A stretch of DNA of 64,000 nucleotides, taken from contig CAVWLW010000050.1 in NCBI GenBank assembly GCA_963755715.1, positions 64,001 to 128,000 of the forward strand, in the 5' to 3' direction. The notes below the pieces were generated by a model. The model saw nothing but the letters and a program-made list of their open reading frames with translations, made no database searches and was not told the DNA's origin. A program made the translations under genes and the position numbers. Positions 1 through 15,404 of this stretch are shown here, in pieces (within the stretch, counting starts at the first letter, position 1; each line of letters opens with the position of its first letter). The stretch comes from an uncultured delta proteobacterium. Its GTDB lineage: Bacteria; Desulfobacterota; Binatia; UBA9968.

Positions 1-4135
<4,135 letters not shown>

Positions 4136-4224
4136 TACGAAAGGGAAAGCAAAGTTACCCATTTTCATCGCACTACAGGGCGGAAGCGGCGTTGGACGAA
4201 AGCTGATTATGGTCTTCAATTAGT

Positions 4225-4617
4225 GTGGAATGGGATAAACTTCTTGACATGAGTTATCCCATGGGACAAGGTTTAGCCTACCACACACAAACATCCGAAT
4301 GGGAGGTTCAAAATGGGAAAGTCCCCAAATTGCCAGATAATGAGATTAGGAAAGTCCGCGAAAGCAATCGAAGATTAATTGAAGAGGCAGAAGGACTTTC
4401 GCATGCGGCGGTGCTAGCCAAGAAAAAGTCATCGAAAAAGCCAAAAAATGAAGATGAAAAACGGAAAACGAACAAAGAGATCTACCGTACGATAATCCAA
4501 CGAAATCCCCTTTTAAAAAAAGCCGTCAAGGAAAATATCGCGAAAAAACGTCTGGCCGTAAAACAGTTGGGAAAGCTGGGGGCTTCTCTATGGTCGTCGA
4601 GTCAAAGGTTGTACTGA
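4225..4617 (+). CDS. hypothetical Lys-rich protein (possibly a fragment)
   Basis: 130-aa ORF in an AT-rich stretch; no recognisable motif. Confidence 0.35.
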   Translation: MEWDKLLDMSYPMGQGLAYHTQTSEWEVQNGKVPKLPDNEIRKVRESNRRLIEEAEGLSHAAVLAKKKSSKKPKNEDEKRKTNKEIYRTIIQRNPLLKKAVKENIAKKRLAVKQLGKLGASLWSSSQRLY

Positions 4618-5190
4618 ACAATCGTTATGAATTGACGGTAAGCGCCAGCTTTTCTCACCGGAGTTTTCGTGCGATCTCCTTGCGAACACAATCAAATTTA
4701 TGAGTGTTCATTATTTCCGGATTATCCCGAACGAGTTCATCTCTTTATCAGACTTTTCGGCGGAGGCTCAATGCGTGGGTCACTTAGCTGCCGTCGGGCG
4801 TCCGGACCGGCTCGGTTGAGAGCTTACGTTTGGGGGAGAAGCTGGTAAGTGGCGAATTTCGACATGAACAGAAAAAATTACATTGCCTCCTGATGTTTGT
4901 CTCGACCTTACTTTTGCTCGTTGCACTTTCAACGAAGAACTTTGCTAAGAGATTGTGTTAAGGGGCGGATAAGCTGATCTTTGATCCAAGTCATATGTCA
5001 ATAAATTAACCGGGAGTGTAGATTAAAGCACCGGACGCTTCGCCGTCGATTAACTTGTAAATCCGATCAGTTTTTAATGACAGTCGAGGACGAGTGGTAA
5101 GATCAGAATCACGCAAGATTTGCTGAACAGTATTTGTGTTGAGTGTGGTGTTCAAGTTGTGAATCGCAGATATCTATAAGGAGACAGGTC

Positions 5191-6983
5191 ATGCGGAACA
5201 GGATTCCCAGATGGAGTGCGGCCGAGATGGTCGCTGAAAATCTAGCAAACAACCCACAGACAGCGTAAAGATCGAAGATGTCGCGTCAGACAATCGCAAC
5301 GGTAAGGGGCTGACGTGTAACTTTTCCTTGGATTATCTCTTTGATAAAACCGTCCAATCCTAAAAACCCAACCCCTAAAGAATATTATTTATTTCCGGGT
5401 GGGCCTGGGACAATTTCCGAATTGGAAGATGTAGAGGTGAATGCGTTGGAATTATTGGAGGCCGATGGTCACAACGTTGCCTATCTCCATGTCCGCGGTA
5501 GCGGGCTCAGTCAAATTCCGCAGCCCAACAAATTTGATAGATTACTCCGTGCCGACTACGTGGTTGAAGACATCGAAAAGCTCAGGGTTAAACTGCTCGG
5601 AAACGATATTCCTTGGGACGCGATTGGGGGGAGAGTCATGGTGCTGTGATCGCTCAACGCTATGCATACAAATACGGGACAGCGGGCGTAAAAAAACTGG
5701 TGTTGGTTGCGCCCCCGTCAAGATCGCTGGAATCTCACAGTCACCGTAGAAGTTTAATGATTTCGAACTTGGAAGCGATCATAAGAAACCATACTGGCCG
5801 TGCGCCGCAAAACGGATTGACTAAGCCGCCGAATCACAATGAAACTGATTCAACTAACGACCTCATCTTTGTCACCGATCAACACATTGAAGACATCAAA
5901 AGCAAACTTAACCAAGTACTCAAAGAGTTGGATGGCAGGTACGCTTCAATGAGCTTTGCTATGGAGAATTTTGCGGAGCTTAAAAGCCGAGATCCAAGTT
6001 TTAAGTCTTTTCCATATCCAGAAGAGTTTTTCAAAGCGTTACGAATCCTACAACTCTATGGTCGGCCGGAGAAAAATCTGAAATTTCTGAGGGCGGAACA
6101 GCCGCGCTTCAATGCCGCTCTATTATTGGCTCACTACTTAACCTTGCCACAAAAACAGCTGGAACACGAGGGGTGACCCAGGGCGACGTTAGGAACAACC
6201 CCATCTATCGCAAGGGGCTTAAGTCCGGACCGTCGCGTCGCTTACCAAAAAAGGCTTCAACAAGCGCAGGCTGAACTTTCAAAAGATGGCCCATCAAAAT
6301 CGCGAAGAGACTATTATGTTTTGGGTGTTTATGATGGCATCAGCCGCTGGATTCTTGACGTTATGGACCGTCAAATTGAGAATGACGGGTTTTTTAGGAG
6401 TGAAGACATTCAGCGCTTCGTAAAAGGACCGGTTGCTAAAGAGCTGGCAAAAAAAATAGGCGTGGTCCCCGGGGAACCTATCTATCCTTGGAATGCGGGA
6501 TACTATAAGCATCATGTGCCAACACTCGTTATAAAGGGAGATGCGGATGCTGTTATTGCTGGCGGTCAAGCTGAGAATTTTTTTAACGACGGATTAGCAA
6601 ATAAACTTGATAGCATCTTGATGGAGTTTCCTGGCATGGGACACCTCTGGAGGGAGCATGCCGATGGCTTCGTTTGCGGAGAACAAAAGCCAGGATTCGA
6701 AGTTCTTCAGATCTTGGTAAGAGAATTTTTGGCAAAACCCTTGGCTTCGACTTTTCTCCACGATCCTGACGTCAAAGCCTTAATTAATTCTATTGGTATA
6801 TCGGTTCTGCAGGAATCTAGAGAAGGTAAACTCGCAGGCATTAAAAGTGAGCAACCAATCTTCTTGGAAAAAAACGAAAAAAGAGCTGTGGGATATGATC
6901 ATGAGATTGCGACATCGGACCATTGCTCCGGGCTCCAGAGAAAAATAGAAAATTGTATGCGAAAGCGCACAGAAGTCAAATAA
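5191..6983 (+). CDS. alpha/beta-fold hydrolase (proline iminopeptidase/TAP-like), frameshifted
   Basis: ORFs 5341, 5613 and 6321 give PGGPG, RGSGLS, the nucleophile elbow WGESHG, GDADAV (Asp) and GMGH (His). The start is approximate. Confidence 0.75.
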
Positions 6984-7501
6984 CTGGGGAACCAACCAAA
7001 ACTCGGGGGGCGATAGCTAATTACTGATTTTCGCATCATTTCAACTTTCTTAATCGGCTAGCGACTTGGGCCTGACAAGCCTGAGCCGCTTTTGTTTGAT
7101 GCCGCCGACTTTTCCATGTCTCTCCTCGATCACGATGTTGGTTTTTTGGCTCAGTCTAGACCCAGAACCGGCGCCTCGAATTTGGAAGTCGCTGTATGGA
7201 TCTGACCCTGCTCCTTGTTTCTGCGTTCTCCGAACCAATCAGGCACTTGGCGCTCTTCTAGGGATTCACGCCGCCTTGCATCGTCAAGATCACTGACAAC
7301 CAAATTGACAAGACGACAACCAAGTTCCTGCGTTCGGTAACCTCTGGTACCAATAAACCTCGATCATCATCGCATTGCAGAACGATGGGCATACCAATTC
7401 ATTTCGCCATCTCGTAGCGGCATCGCTAAAATCATGCTGAAGCACGGGCTTAGCAACGTAATGCTATCCGTTTCGCGTGGCGTGCGTAACAGATTCATAC
7501 T

Positions 7502-7517
7502 TGGCACAACACCTGCT
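7502..7517 (+). promoter_or_regulatory. sigma-54 (-24/-12) promoter
   Basis: TGGCAC-AACAC-CTGCT versus the consensus TGGCAC-N5-TTGCW, about 50 bp upstream of an AAGGAGG RBS and ATG at 7569. Confidence 0.6.
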
Positions 7518-7568
7518 CTCAGCAGTAGTCAGAGTGAAGAAAACTAAACGAGAAAGGAGGCGAGAAAA

Positions 7569-7884
7569 ATGAAAAAGATCGTATCACTCGTATCCAACCT
7601 GCTGCTGTCGTCCACACTGTTCTGGGGTGTGCCGCTGGCGTATGGGGAGGAATTAAACTCCGGACGAAATCTCAACGGCCCCTGCTGACACTCCGAGCTA
7701 CTGCCACATGAAATCTCCGGCCATGCGTGAAGATAGTCTATCCTGGACGCATCCAGTTTTTGATGATGGCGCGGTCAATGCCGTTGATTTCTATGGACCA
7801 TGTGACCATGATCCACTCGGAATTGACGCAGTTAAGACGGAGCAGCGTATACTCCTTCGCGGATTCTACGGAGATGGCGAATAA
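7569..7884 (+). CDS. small secreted protein of ~104 aa, one frameshift, absent from the ORF track
   Basis: Strong RBS, signal peptide MKKIVSLVSNLLLSSTLFWGVPLAYG, then ...SYCHMKSPAMREDSLSWTHPVFDDGAVNAVDFYGPCDHDPLGIDAVKTEQRILLRGFYGDGE* after a 1-nt shift near 7665. Confidence 0.65.
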
Positions 7885-7908
7885 ACGACAACTCGAATCA
7901 CACAAGGC

Positions 7909-7937
7909 ATTAGGGGAGGGAGCTTTCCTCCCCTAAT
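7909..7937. terminator. hairpin / possible intrinsic terminator between convergent genes
   Basis: ATTAGGGGAGG-gagcttt-CCTCCCCTAAT forms an 11-bp perfect stem. Confidence 0.5.
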
Positions 7938-7979
7938 GACAGTTGCGGCGACCGTTTCGTACTGAAGAACTTGCCAACG

Positions 7980-8430
7980 TTCCTATCAGTAATTGCCAGC
8001 TTTTGATCTTTTTCAGCCACCCTTGCCGGCTAAGGCTTAGAGCCTGAGCCGCTTTTGCTTTATTGCCGCTGGTTCTGGCCAGTGCTTCTTCAATCATGCG
8101 ATGCTCAATGGCTTCGATGACTTCGTTTTGATGGTCTTCCCTTTGTGAAGAACTGTGCTTTCTGGACTGATTGCTTTAGCTCCTTCACAGCAAGATCCAG
8201 GTGCTCTTCGGCGATCGTTTTTCCCCTTACGGATGCCACCAGTCGTTTGATCTCGTTCTCCAACTGCCGAGCATTACCGGGCCACGAGTAACTGCTCAAG
8301 CGTTCCATCACTGCGGGCTTAAACTGTTTCAGTTCGGTCTTCAGTAGAGCGCAATGCCTGGTGAGGAAATGGGTGGTCATCAGAGGAATATCTTCGGCGA
8401 TTTCCCGTAGCGGCGCCGTCTGAATGCGAA
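7980..8430 (-). pseudogene. C-terminal remnant of a sigma-54 enhancer-binding protein (AAA+ lid and Fis HTH)
   Basis: PLREIAEDIPL, YSWPGNARQLEN, then in another frame MIEEALARTSGNKAKAAQALSLSRQG; no N-terminus. Confidence 0.75.
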
Positions 8431-8582
8431 CGACTTTACAGCGGTGAATTCGACGGTCGCGCCGTCGATATCTTTGAGAGTTGCTTTGGGAATTGGTCTC
8501 CAACAGTTGGTTTTGCCATCGTCGTTTCTTCCAATATTTGGAACGGGTTTCAACCCGCGCCTGCGCGCGACGCCTCGCCGAG

Positions 8583-9131
8583 TTAATCTCTGATTTCGTA
8601 TTCCCAATCATTGAGAATCAACTTTCCCGACACCGGCATACGTTTACGCATCGAGTTAACCGTATGGCAGCCTTTATCTGCCGCTTGGGCGACTTTGATC
8701 ACGTTCTCAAGCGGCGACTGACTCTTGATCTTGAAGATGTAACTGATCCCCTGCGCCGCGTCGGAGAAATTTTTGATCGGAAACTTGCCGGTCAAGTCGT
8801 AGGTCATGCGCAGATCCATTTCCAGATCGTCGATCGGAACCTCGGCTTTCGCGGCAAAACGCCTCAGTTGGCTGAACATGCAAAAGCCGATGGAGGCGAT
8901 GAAATATTGCAACGGCGAGGGACGCTTGCCGACTTGTTTCTGGAAGTTCTCGTCGTCGCAGTAAACCGCGTGATCGTCCGGTTGTTCGATCTTGACCAGG
9001 GCTTCGTTCAAGCGAATGATGGCGCGCTGCTGCAGGAGATAACCATCCGATTCACCGGAACCATGCTCCTGCTCTTCTTCGTAGACGACCCGAAACTTTC
9101 CGAGATCGATGGTTCCCGGAATCGTTGGCAT
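8583..9131 (-). CDS. OsmC family protein
   Basis: PSPLQYFIASIGFC ... GCHTVNS two-Cys pattern; directly downstream of the Mo-enzyme gene. Confidence 0.8.
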   Translation of the reverse strand: MPTIPGTIDLGKFRVVYEEEQEHGSGESDGYLLQQRAIIRLNEALVKIEQPDDHAVYCDDENFQKQVGKRPSPLQYFIASIGFCMFSQLRRFAAKAEVPIDDLEMDLRMTYDLTGKFPIKNFSDAAQGISYIFKIKSQSPLENVIKVAQAADKGCHTVNSMRKRMPVSGKLILNDWEYEIRD

Positions 9132-9133
9132 GT

Positions 9134-11359
9134 TTACTTTGCGCCGTGCAGTGCCTGATAAATCTTTTCCGCCGTGATCGGTAAACTCTTAATTCTCACG
9201 CCGCACGCATCGTCCACTGCGTTGGCAATGGCCGCCGCTGTTGGGATATTGCCGGTTTCGCCGATCGGCATGCTGTCGTAAGGCCCGGCTCCGTGCGGCG
9301 CTTCGGTCACCGAGCCTTTGAATACCGGAACATCCTTGATCGTCGGGATCTTGTACTCGCCGAAGTGAGTCGTCGCCACTTTACCGTCGTTGATGATCAC
9401 TTCTTCCATCAGCGTGTAGCCGATGCCCGTCATGCTGGCGCCTTCGATCTGTCCCTGATGCATCAGCGGATTGAGCACTGTCCCGGTGTTATGCGTCGAA
9501 GTGAATTTTTTGAGCTCGACCTGTCCGGTTTGCGGGTCGACTTGCACTTCCGCCACCTGGACGCACATGGACGCTGCGTGAATCTTGGAATTATCGTTAA
9601 AAGTCGCATCGACGGCGATCGGTGCTCCCTTGGCTTTGACTATTTCGCCATAGGTCAAGCGTCGTTCCATGCGCGGATGCAGCGCCGCTCCTTTTGCGAG
9701 GGTAATTTGATCCGGCGCCGTTCCCATTTGCTCCGCCGCCGCTTGCTTGATCGCCTCGACCGCCTTCAGCGCTGCCTTATAACCGGCGTTGCCATAGACC
9801 CGCGTTGCCCGGCTGCCGCCCACGCCGGTATCTTTGATACCTGTCTGCGTATCCAGTTGCTGAATCCTGATCTGACTGAGTGGGATCTTGAGCTCTTCCG
9901 CGACGATTTCGCTGAGGATCGTGTAAGTGCCCGCGCCTTGATCTGCCATCGCGGAGGAAATCGTCGCAACGCCGTTCTCGTCCAGCGAGATCGCCACCGT
10001 TCCTATGCCCCCGGCAGGCGTCCATTGCACCAAGGCGACGCCGCGTCCGACATTTTTCGGCTTGGGTTTTTGATAGCCCGAATCATCCAGCGCCTTTTTG
10101 AGCGTCTCGTCGGTTTTAATATAGCTGTACTCCTCGCCCGTCGGATCGATATCGCCGTCGTGCATGAAGTTTTTCTGACGCAGCTTGATCGGGTCCATGC
10201 TCAATTTTTTCGCGATCAAATCCAACTGGCTCTCATTGGCAAAAAATCCCTGCGGATCGCCGGGCGAGCGCATATGGCCGCAGGGAATTTTGTTGGTGTA
10301 AACCATATGTTCTTCGAGAAACACGTGCGGGATCTTGTAAGGTCCGGCCGACAGATGGGGGCCATTGAGGAAGGCGTTGGGCTTAAAAGCTCCGTAGGCG
10401 CCGCTGTCGAAGATGAAATTCATGTGATGCGCAACCAAGGTGCCGTCCTTCTTCACGCCGGTTTTTACTTGAATGATCGACGCATGGCGTGGATTGCCGG
10501 CGGTGAATTCTTCCTCGTAATCCATGACTAACTTTACCGGACGGCCGGCTTTCTTGGAGAGAAGATAAACCACGGCGAGATCCATAAAATCGCCTTTGCC
10601 GCCGAAGTCGCCGCCGATGTAAACGGGATTGAAGTTGAGTTTTTCCTGCGGCAGCTTGAGCGCATTGGCGACTTGCTCGCGCACGCCATAAGGGACCTTG
10701 CTGCACGACCAGAACTCCGCCGAGCCGTCCGCAGCGGTGCTGACGACGCAGGAATGCGGTTCGATGTAACTCTGATGAACCACCGGCGTGGTAAACGTGT
10801 TTTCGACGATGACGTCCGCCTGGCGAAAGCCGGTTTCGAGATCGCCCTTGCCCCAGGTGACGTAGACAAAATCATTGGTGGGCTCCTTCAAGGGTTTGGG
10901 CAGGCCCTTGTAGCTCGTGACATCTGGATGAAGCAATTTCGCGCCGGGTTTGAGGGCTTCGACCGGATCGAGCAACGGCTCGGTTTCTTCGTATTCGACT
11001 TCGATTAGAGTCAACGCCTCTTCGGCGATAAGCTCGTCGTCCGCCGCCACTGCGGCTACTTTTTCACCGATGAACCGCACTTCGCCGTCGGCGAGGATCG
11101 GCATGTCGTAAAGCCGCCGGCCTATTTTCAAACCGGCACAGTCTTGACCGGTGACGACCGCGTGCACGCCCGGCAGCGCTTCCGCCTGACTGGTATTGAT
11201 GCTTTTGATCTTCCCTGAGGCGATCGGGCTTCGCAGCAGTTTGCCCCACAACATTCCCGGCACGGTAATATCGACCGCGTATTTCGCCTCGCCGCTGACT
11301 TTTAGCTCGCCTTCGACTCTTGGCGTTGGATTGCCTACGACCTGTTTCGACGATGCCAT
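9134..11359 (-). CDS. xanthine dehydrogenase family molybdopterin-binding subunit
   Basis: 741 aa; SYIEPH, IGGDFGGKG, MRSPGDPQ, GGSRAT, GQIEG and IGETG motifs; AGGAGG RBS. Confidence 0.95.
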   Translation of the reverse strand: MASSKQVVGNPTPRVEGELKVSGEAKYAVDITVPGMLWGKLLRSPIASGKIKSINTSQAEALPGVHAVVTGQDCAGLKIGRRLYDMPILADGEVRFIGEKVAAVAADDELIAEEALTLIEVEYEETEPLLDPVEALKPGAKLLHPDVTSYKGLPKPLKEPTNDFVYVTWGKGDLETGFRQADVIVENTFTTPVVHQSYIEPHSCVVSTAADGSAEFWSCSKVPYGVREQVANALKLPQEKLNFNPVYIGGDFGGKGDFMDLAVVYLLSKKAGRPVKLVMDYEEEFTAGNPRHASIIQVKTGVKKDGTLVAHHMNFIFDSGAYGAFKPNAFLNGPHLSAGPYKIPHVFLEEHMVYTNKIPCGHMRSPGDPQGFFANESQLDLIAKKLSMDPIKLRQKNFMHDGDIDPTGEEYSYIKTDETLKKALDDSGYQKPKPKNVGRGVALVQWTPAGGIGTVAISLDENGVATISSAMADQGAGTYTILSEIVAEELKIPLSQIRIQQLDTQTGIKDTGVGGSRATRVYGNAGYKAALKAVEAIKQAAAEQMGTAPDQITLAKGAALHPRMERRLTYGEIVKAKGAPIAVDATFNDNSKIHAASMCVQVAEVQVDPQTGQVELKKFTSTHNTGTVLNPLMHQGQIEGASMTGIGYTLMEEVIINDGKVATTHFGEYKIPTIKDVPVFKGSVTEAPHGAGPYDSMPIGETGNIPTAAAIANAVDDACGVRIKSLPITAEKIYQALHGAK

Positions 11360-11971
11360 GGGAAGACCTCCTGGTGTTTGAATATGGGCTTGGTGAACTT
11401 CGCTTCGATAACCGATCGTCCAAAGATCGCTTGACGCGGAGCGAAAAGCTGGCTCTGCTTCCTGGAAGCGTATCGAACGCTACTACTAACACCCTCGCCT
11501 GAAATGCGGATCATATTGGATACCGTGGGTAACTTCAAGTAACACGCGAGAAAACCTATTCGAAAATAGATTGGCAGTCGAGATGCTTTACCACCAACCG
11601 TTCCCGCTTGCCAAACACTGTTCCCGTCAATTCCCAGATTCCCGATCCAAGTTCATACTCGTACGAATCTTCGCTGGATTGGAGAAAGTTTTTTCGCTCA
11701 AAAGTTTTCTAAGGCGTCGAGGGGTTGGGATCGAATCGAAGCCGGTTCTCGCGAGCTAAAAACGCGGCGACCGGCTTCGTGACGACTGTGGCTCAGGTCT
11801 CGAAATTAATCGTGAACGATGGCTCTCCGGCAAGCGGAGACACGGTGCGTATCAGACCACGAATACAAAAGATCACTGGAACGTGTAGTTTAGCTTACAA
11901 AAAGGTTATCGACATTTTCTGCCATTAAAACTTGCTTTCTGTCTCGCGCACAATCCTCTGCAAATGGTCAG

Positions 11972-13081
11972 CTACGTCTTCGGCAAAACTTTCACCAGCT
12001 TTCTTTTGAGGTCATCCGGCATGGCGAGATAATCAATGATAAGTTTTTGGAGTTCTCTAGCACTCGAAGGATTGATGTCCAGCTTCGCCTTTTCGGCTTC
12101 GGCTAGGAACTCCGAATCTGCCAATGTTTTCGTGAAAGCATCCCTCAAGGCCGCCACACGGTCGGCGTGCACCCCGGGTGGCAGAAAGTAGGGCCTCGTA
12201 AACTGGTTAGGGACGATGATCCCAGCACGAAGCAAGTCGCGCTGCTCCTGAGTCTTTGCGTAGTTCAAGATCAACGGGACGTTCTGTTGCGGTAGATTCA
12301 GGAGCGGTTTGTCGGTCAGTTGGCCAATGAGTAACCACTCTCCGCTCTCGATTTTCGCTAGCGTCCGTGTCTTGATCGAGGCCCAGTCGTTGTACTGGCC
12401 GCCTAGCTCCCCTTGATCCATCGCCACATCCACCCCGCCTGCGGCCGTGTACCCGGACACTACCTTGATGTTGGCGTTCAGGACATCCCGAGTCAGCAAT
12501 GCTGCCGTATGATTCGTAGTGGCTGCGCCCGAATCTCCGATACTCAGCACTTTGCCGCTCGGCTCCAGCAACTGCTCGAATCTGGAGATCCCCGAGGTCT
12601 TAGTCATTAACAGCAATGAATTTTCGTTGTTTGGAGCGCCGACGTATTGGAACTTGCTGGCATCGAACTCGACTCCCTGAAGGCCCAGCAGCTGAGATCT
12701 CACGATTCCGCCAATGACATTACCAATTACGGTGCCGTCCTTGGGTGCCCGGTTGTAAATGTGGCTCGCGGCAACCAGGCCGCCAGCGCCAAGCATGTTT
12801 ACTACGATGATGCTCGGCTTGCCGGGTATGTGTTTACCTAGATGGCGCCCGATGGTTCGCGTATAAATGTCAAATCCACCCCCCGCACCGTGACCGACAA
12901 CAATTTGAATTGCCTTTCCTCTGTAGAAGTCGGCAACTGCGCTCTCATTGAAAGCCACCGGCTTCTCAATGGCAGACTTGGCAGGCTCAGGCGTCGAGGT
13001 GGCTGCGCCTGCCCAGGCCGCAAGGATAGATAGAAATACGATTATTCCACACAAGCGGGTAGTCATCAGATCCTTCTTCAT
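11972..13081 (-). CDS. tripartite tricarboxylate transporter substrate-binding protein (Bug/TctC family)
   Basis: Signal peptide, AGGGFDIYTR, PKDGTVIG, V..LRDAF..TL.D.EF motifs. Confidence 0.9.
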   Translation of the reverse strand: MKKDLMTTRLCGIIVFLSILAAWAGAATSTPEPAKSAIEKPVAFNESAVADFYRGKAIQIVVGHGAGGGFDIYTRTIGRHLGKHIPGKPSIIVVNMLGAGGLVAASHIYNRAPKDGTVIGNVIGGIVRSQLLGLQGVEFDASKFQYVGAPNNENSLLLMTKTSGISRFEQLLEPSGKVLSIGDSGAATTNHTAALLTRDVLNANIKVVSGYTAAGGVDVAMDQGELGGQYNDWASIKTRTLAKIESGEWLLIGQLTDKPLLNLPQQNVPLILNYAKTQEQRDLLRAGIIVPNQFTRPYFLPPGVHADRVAALRDAFTKTLADSEFLAEAEKAKLDINPSSARELQKLIIDYLAMPDDLKRKLVKVLPKT

Positions 13082-13331
13082 ACCGCTTCTCCTCCAAGTT
13101 GATTGGACAATGATGAAAATCGCGTATTCAAATTAATATTGCGAGCCAAAGATCGCCCGCAGCCCCGCGGATATTTGTTGGGTTTGGCTCACGTCAAAAT
13201 CGGCAGCGCCTTTGCAATTGCCACAATGGAAATCACTCCGCCAAAAGGCTCTGCAACTATCTCGTTTGTAATCACGAGCCGGACAGAGATTCAGAATGCG
13301 TGCCTAGCTACCTGAGTAGCAACGGTGGCTA

Positions 13332-14276
13332 CTATCTTGGCCAAGCCAGCTGAACCTCCTCGCTCGAACTGATTCGTGCGAAATGGGTTGCCATATTTTT
13401 GAGGGAGTAACGTTGAAGTTCCAAATCGTAGGCACCGACGCAGTCCTCCAACACTACTGCGTAGTACCCGCGCGCGAAAGCGTCTCGCACGCTGCCCTCC
13501 ACGCAGCCATTGGTGGCGGCGCCAGTGAACAGTAATGTCTTTGCGCCCAGGCTTCGAAGCGTGGCGTCTAACTTAGGGTTAGTGAAGCCGCTATGGTGCC
13601 ATTTCGGAATCGACACTTCCCCGGGACGTGGGGCGACAAAATCGCAGATCTCCCACCCCCAGGTTCCCGGGATAGTGTACTTAGCCCCGCCGAGCCCAAC
13701 CCGCTGGCGGCGCGACAGGATCGGTCCATTGTCGTGTTCCGTATCGGTCTGAGTCTGGGTATAGACGACGGGCACTCCAATCGATCTCGCGGCCTCCACC
13801 ATTCGTTGCGTCGGCTTTTTCATTGCCTCGATTGTAGTCAGGTCCCCCTTCATCCTGGCCCCATTCGGAGCGCAGAAGTCATTCTGCACGTCGATGACTA
13901 GAAGCGCCGTGTGATTCGGCCGCACCACGTCCACTAGCTCGGTCCAGACTTCCTTAATTTGAGGCTCCCACGGCTCGACTTCTGGATCGAACTCGTAATC
14001 GGCTATAACCCGTTTCTCAAAAATCGGGCGGCCAAGCTCCGTTGACACTTGCTGGTGAAGGGGGTGATCCACGTAGCGTTTCAACGTTTCCATGTTCTCG
14101 ACCACAGCGACCATGGCATGAGCGAACTCGCCGTCGGCACGCAGGTTTGGACCCATCGACCAGCTCATCAATTCCGGTATTACGCCTTTCATGGAGTTGT
14201 AGCCTGCGACCATGGCGTCAAACTGTTCCTGAGAGGTGCCGGTCTTGACATTGAAAAGGACCACATGCTTGATCAT
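13332..14276 (-). CDS. fusion of a Dabb (stress-responsive A/B barrel) domain and an isochorismatase-family cysteine hydrolase
   Basis: N-terminus MIKHVVLF...YVDHPLH...DYEF; C-terminus ALLVIDVQNDF, PKWHHSGF, GAATNGCV (D-K-C triad). Confidence 0.85.
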   Translation of the reverse strand: MIKHVVLFNVKTGTSQEQFDAMVAGYNSMKGVIPELMSWSMGPNLRADGEFAHAMVAVVENMETLKRYVDHPLHQQVSTELGRPIFEKRVIADYEFDPEVEPWEPQIKEVWTELVDVVRPNHTALLVIDVQNDFCAPNGARMKGDLTTIEAMKKPTQRMVEAARSIGVPVVYTQTQTDTEHDNGPILSRRQRVGLGGAKYTIPGTWGWEICDFVAPRPGEVSIPKWHHSGFTNPKLDATLRSLGAKTLLFTGAATNGCVEGSVRDAFARGYYAVVLEDCVGAYDLELQRYSLKNMATHFARISSSEEVQLAWPR

Positions 14277-14468
14277 CGTTTCCTCCTATTGATGTTTTAC
14301 CGTTAAGGTCGAAGCTGGAGCACACGTTACGTGCTCTCGTAATTTTCGGCTTTCGTTAAGCAGCCTATTACTCAGCGATTCGGGCTCATCGCAATGATAT
14401 GACTCGGGAACTCAAGTGTCTAATGTAGTGGGGTAAAAGATTTCGTCACGTTACTTAAATGAATAATG

Positions 14469-14720
14469 TCAGTCGGTAATAATGCTTCTGCCACCGTCAG
14501 AAAACAGTCGCCGAATTCTCGCGTTACCAATAATCGGAGTGCCTCCGTAGCGGTCGATATTCTTGAAATTTTCCGTTCCTCGGTCATAGTGTGGAGCAAA
14601 GCCCCATGCCCCGTCTATTTGACCTTCATTCAACATCACGTCGAGTGTTTGGCTCTCGTCCAGCCAGTGCAGGGAAATACCCGGAGGAGGATCTTTATCC
14701 AAACCCAGCAAAACACCATG
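14469..14720 (-). pseudogene. internal fragment of an ABC substrate-binding / dihydroxyphthalate-decarboxylase-like protein
   Basis: TLDVMLNEGQIDGA...RIRRLFSDG segment with no proper start or end. Confidence 0.5.
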
Positions 14721-14888
14721 GCTAACTTCTTTGCAATTGAATCGCTTTGGTCACGGAGTTGTTCATTTCAATAATCGAAACAGTATTTCGATAATTAAAA
14801 ATGGCGATATAACAGCGGAGGTAGGCTGTCAAGGTTTTTTGTTGACAAATCTCGTGGTCGGGAGTTATGGCAGCTGAGGAAATAAAAC

Positions 14889-15395
14889 ATGAAGCAAGTC
14901 TATGCCGAGATCGTTCACGACGCCCTCAAAGAATCGGGCATCAACTTCGTCGCCTACCTGCCGGATGACCAGATTCACGACGCGCAAAAATTGCTTACCG
15001 AGGATCCGAGCTTCATCACCGTCGGCGCGACCAACGAGGCGGAAGCCGTTTCGGCATGCGCCGGCGCCTGGCTCGGGGGCGCCAAGCCGGCCTTGCTGAT
15101 TGCCGATTCGGGATTTCTCGTGGCGACTTGGCCGTTAGCTTCGTTGGGAGTTTCTTACGGCATCCCTATGTTGATTCTGATTGCCCATCGCGGCGAAGTT
15201 GGTGATCGGGCCAATTGGCGCTTTATCACGTACAAGTTCACCACCGAACCGATCCTTCAGGCGCTGCAGATTCCCTACGTGCGCGCCAGCCGTCCCGAAG
15301 AAACTAAAGAAGTCATCATGGGTGCAAAGCTCTCGACTTTTCTCTGGCAGCATCCGGTGGCGGTTTTGCTTTCAGGCGAAGTGCTGCGCGACTGA
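14889..15395 (+). CDS. comD: sulfopyruvate/phosphonopyruvate decarboxylase alpha subunit-like (ThDP enzyme PYR domain)
   Basis: FVAYLPD, TNEAEAVSACAGAWLGG, HRGE, TEPIL motifs; TTGACA -35 at 14842 and GAGG RBS. Confidence 0.75.
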   Translation: MKQVYAEIVHDALKESGINFVAYLPDDQIHDAQKLLTEDPSFITVGATNEAEAVSACAGAWLGGAKPALLIADSGFLVATWPLASLGVSYGIPMLILIAHRGEVGDRANWRFITYKFTTEPILQALQIPYVRASRPEETKEVIMGAKLSTFLWQHPVAVLLSGEVLRD

Positions 15396-15404
15396 GGAGA
15401 AACG

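Noticed and set aside
9293-10531. Long antisense ORFs (also 17999-18742, 30527-31489, 33545-34303, 62266-63045)
   Set aside because: They are shadows of well-supported genes on the opposite strand in GC-rich DNA.
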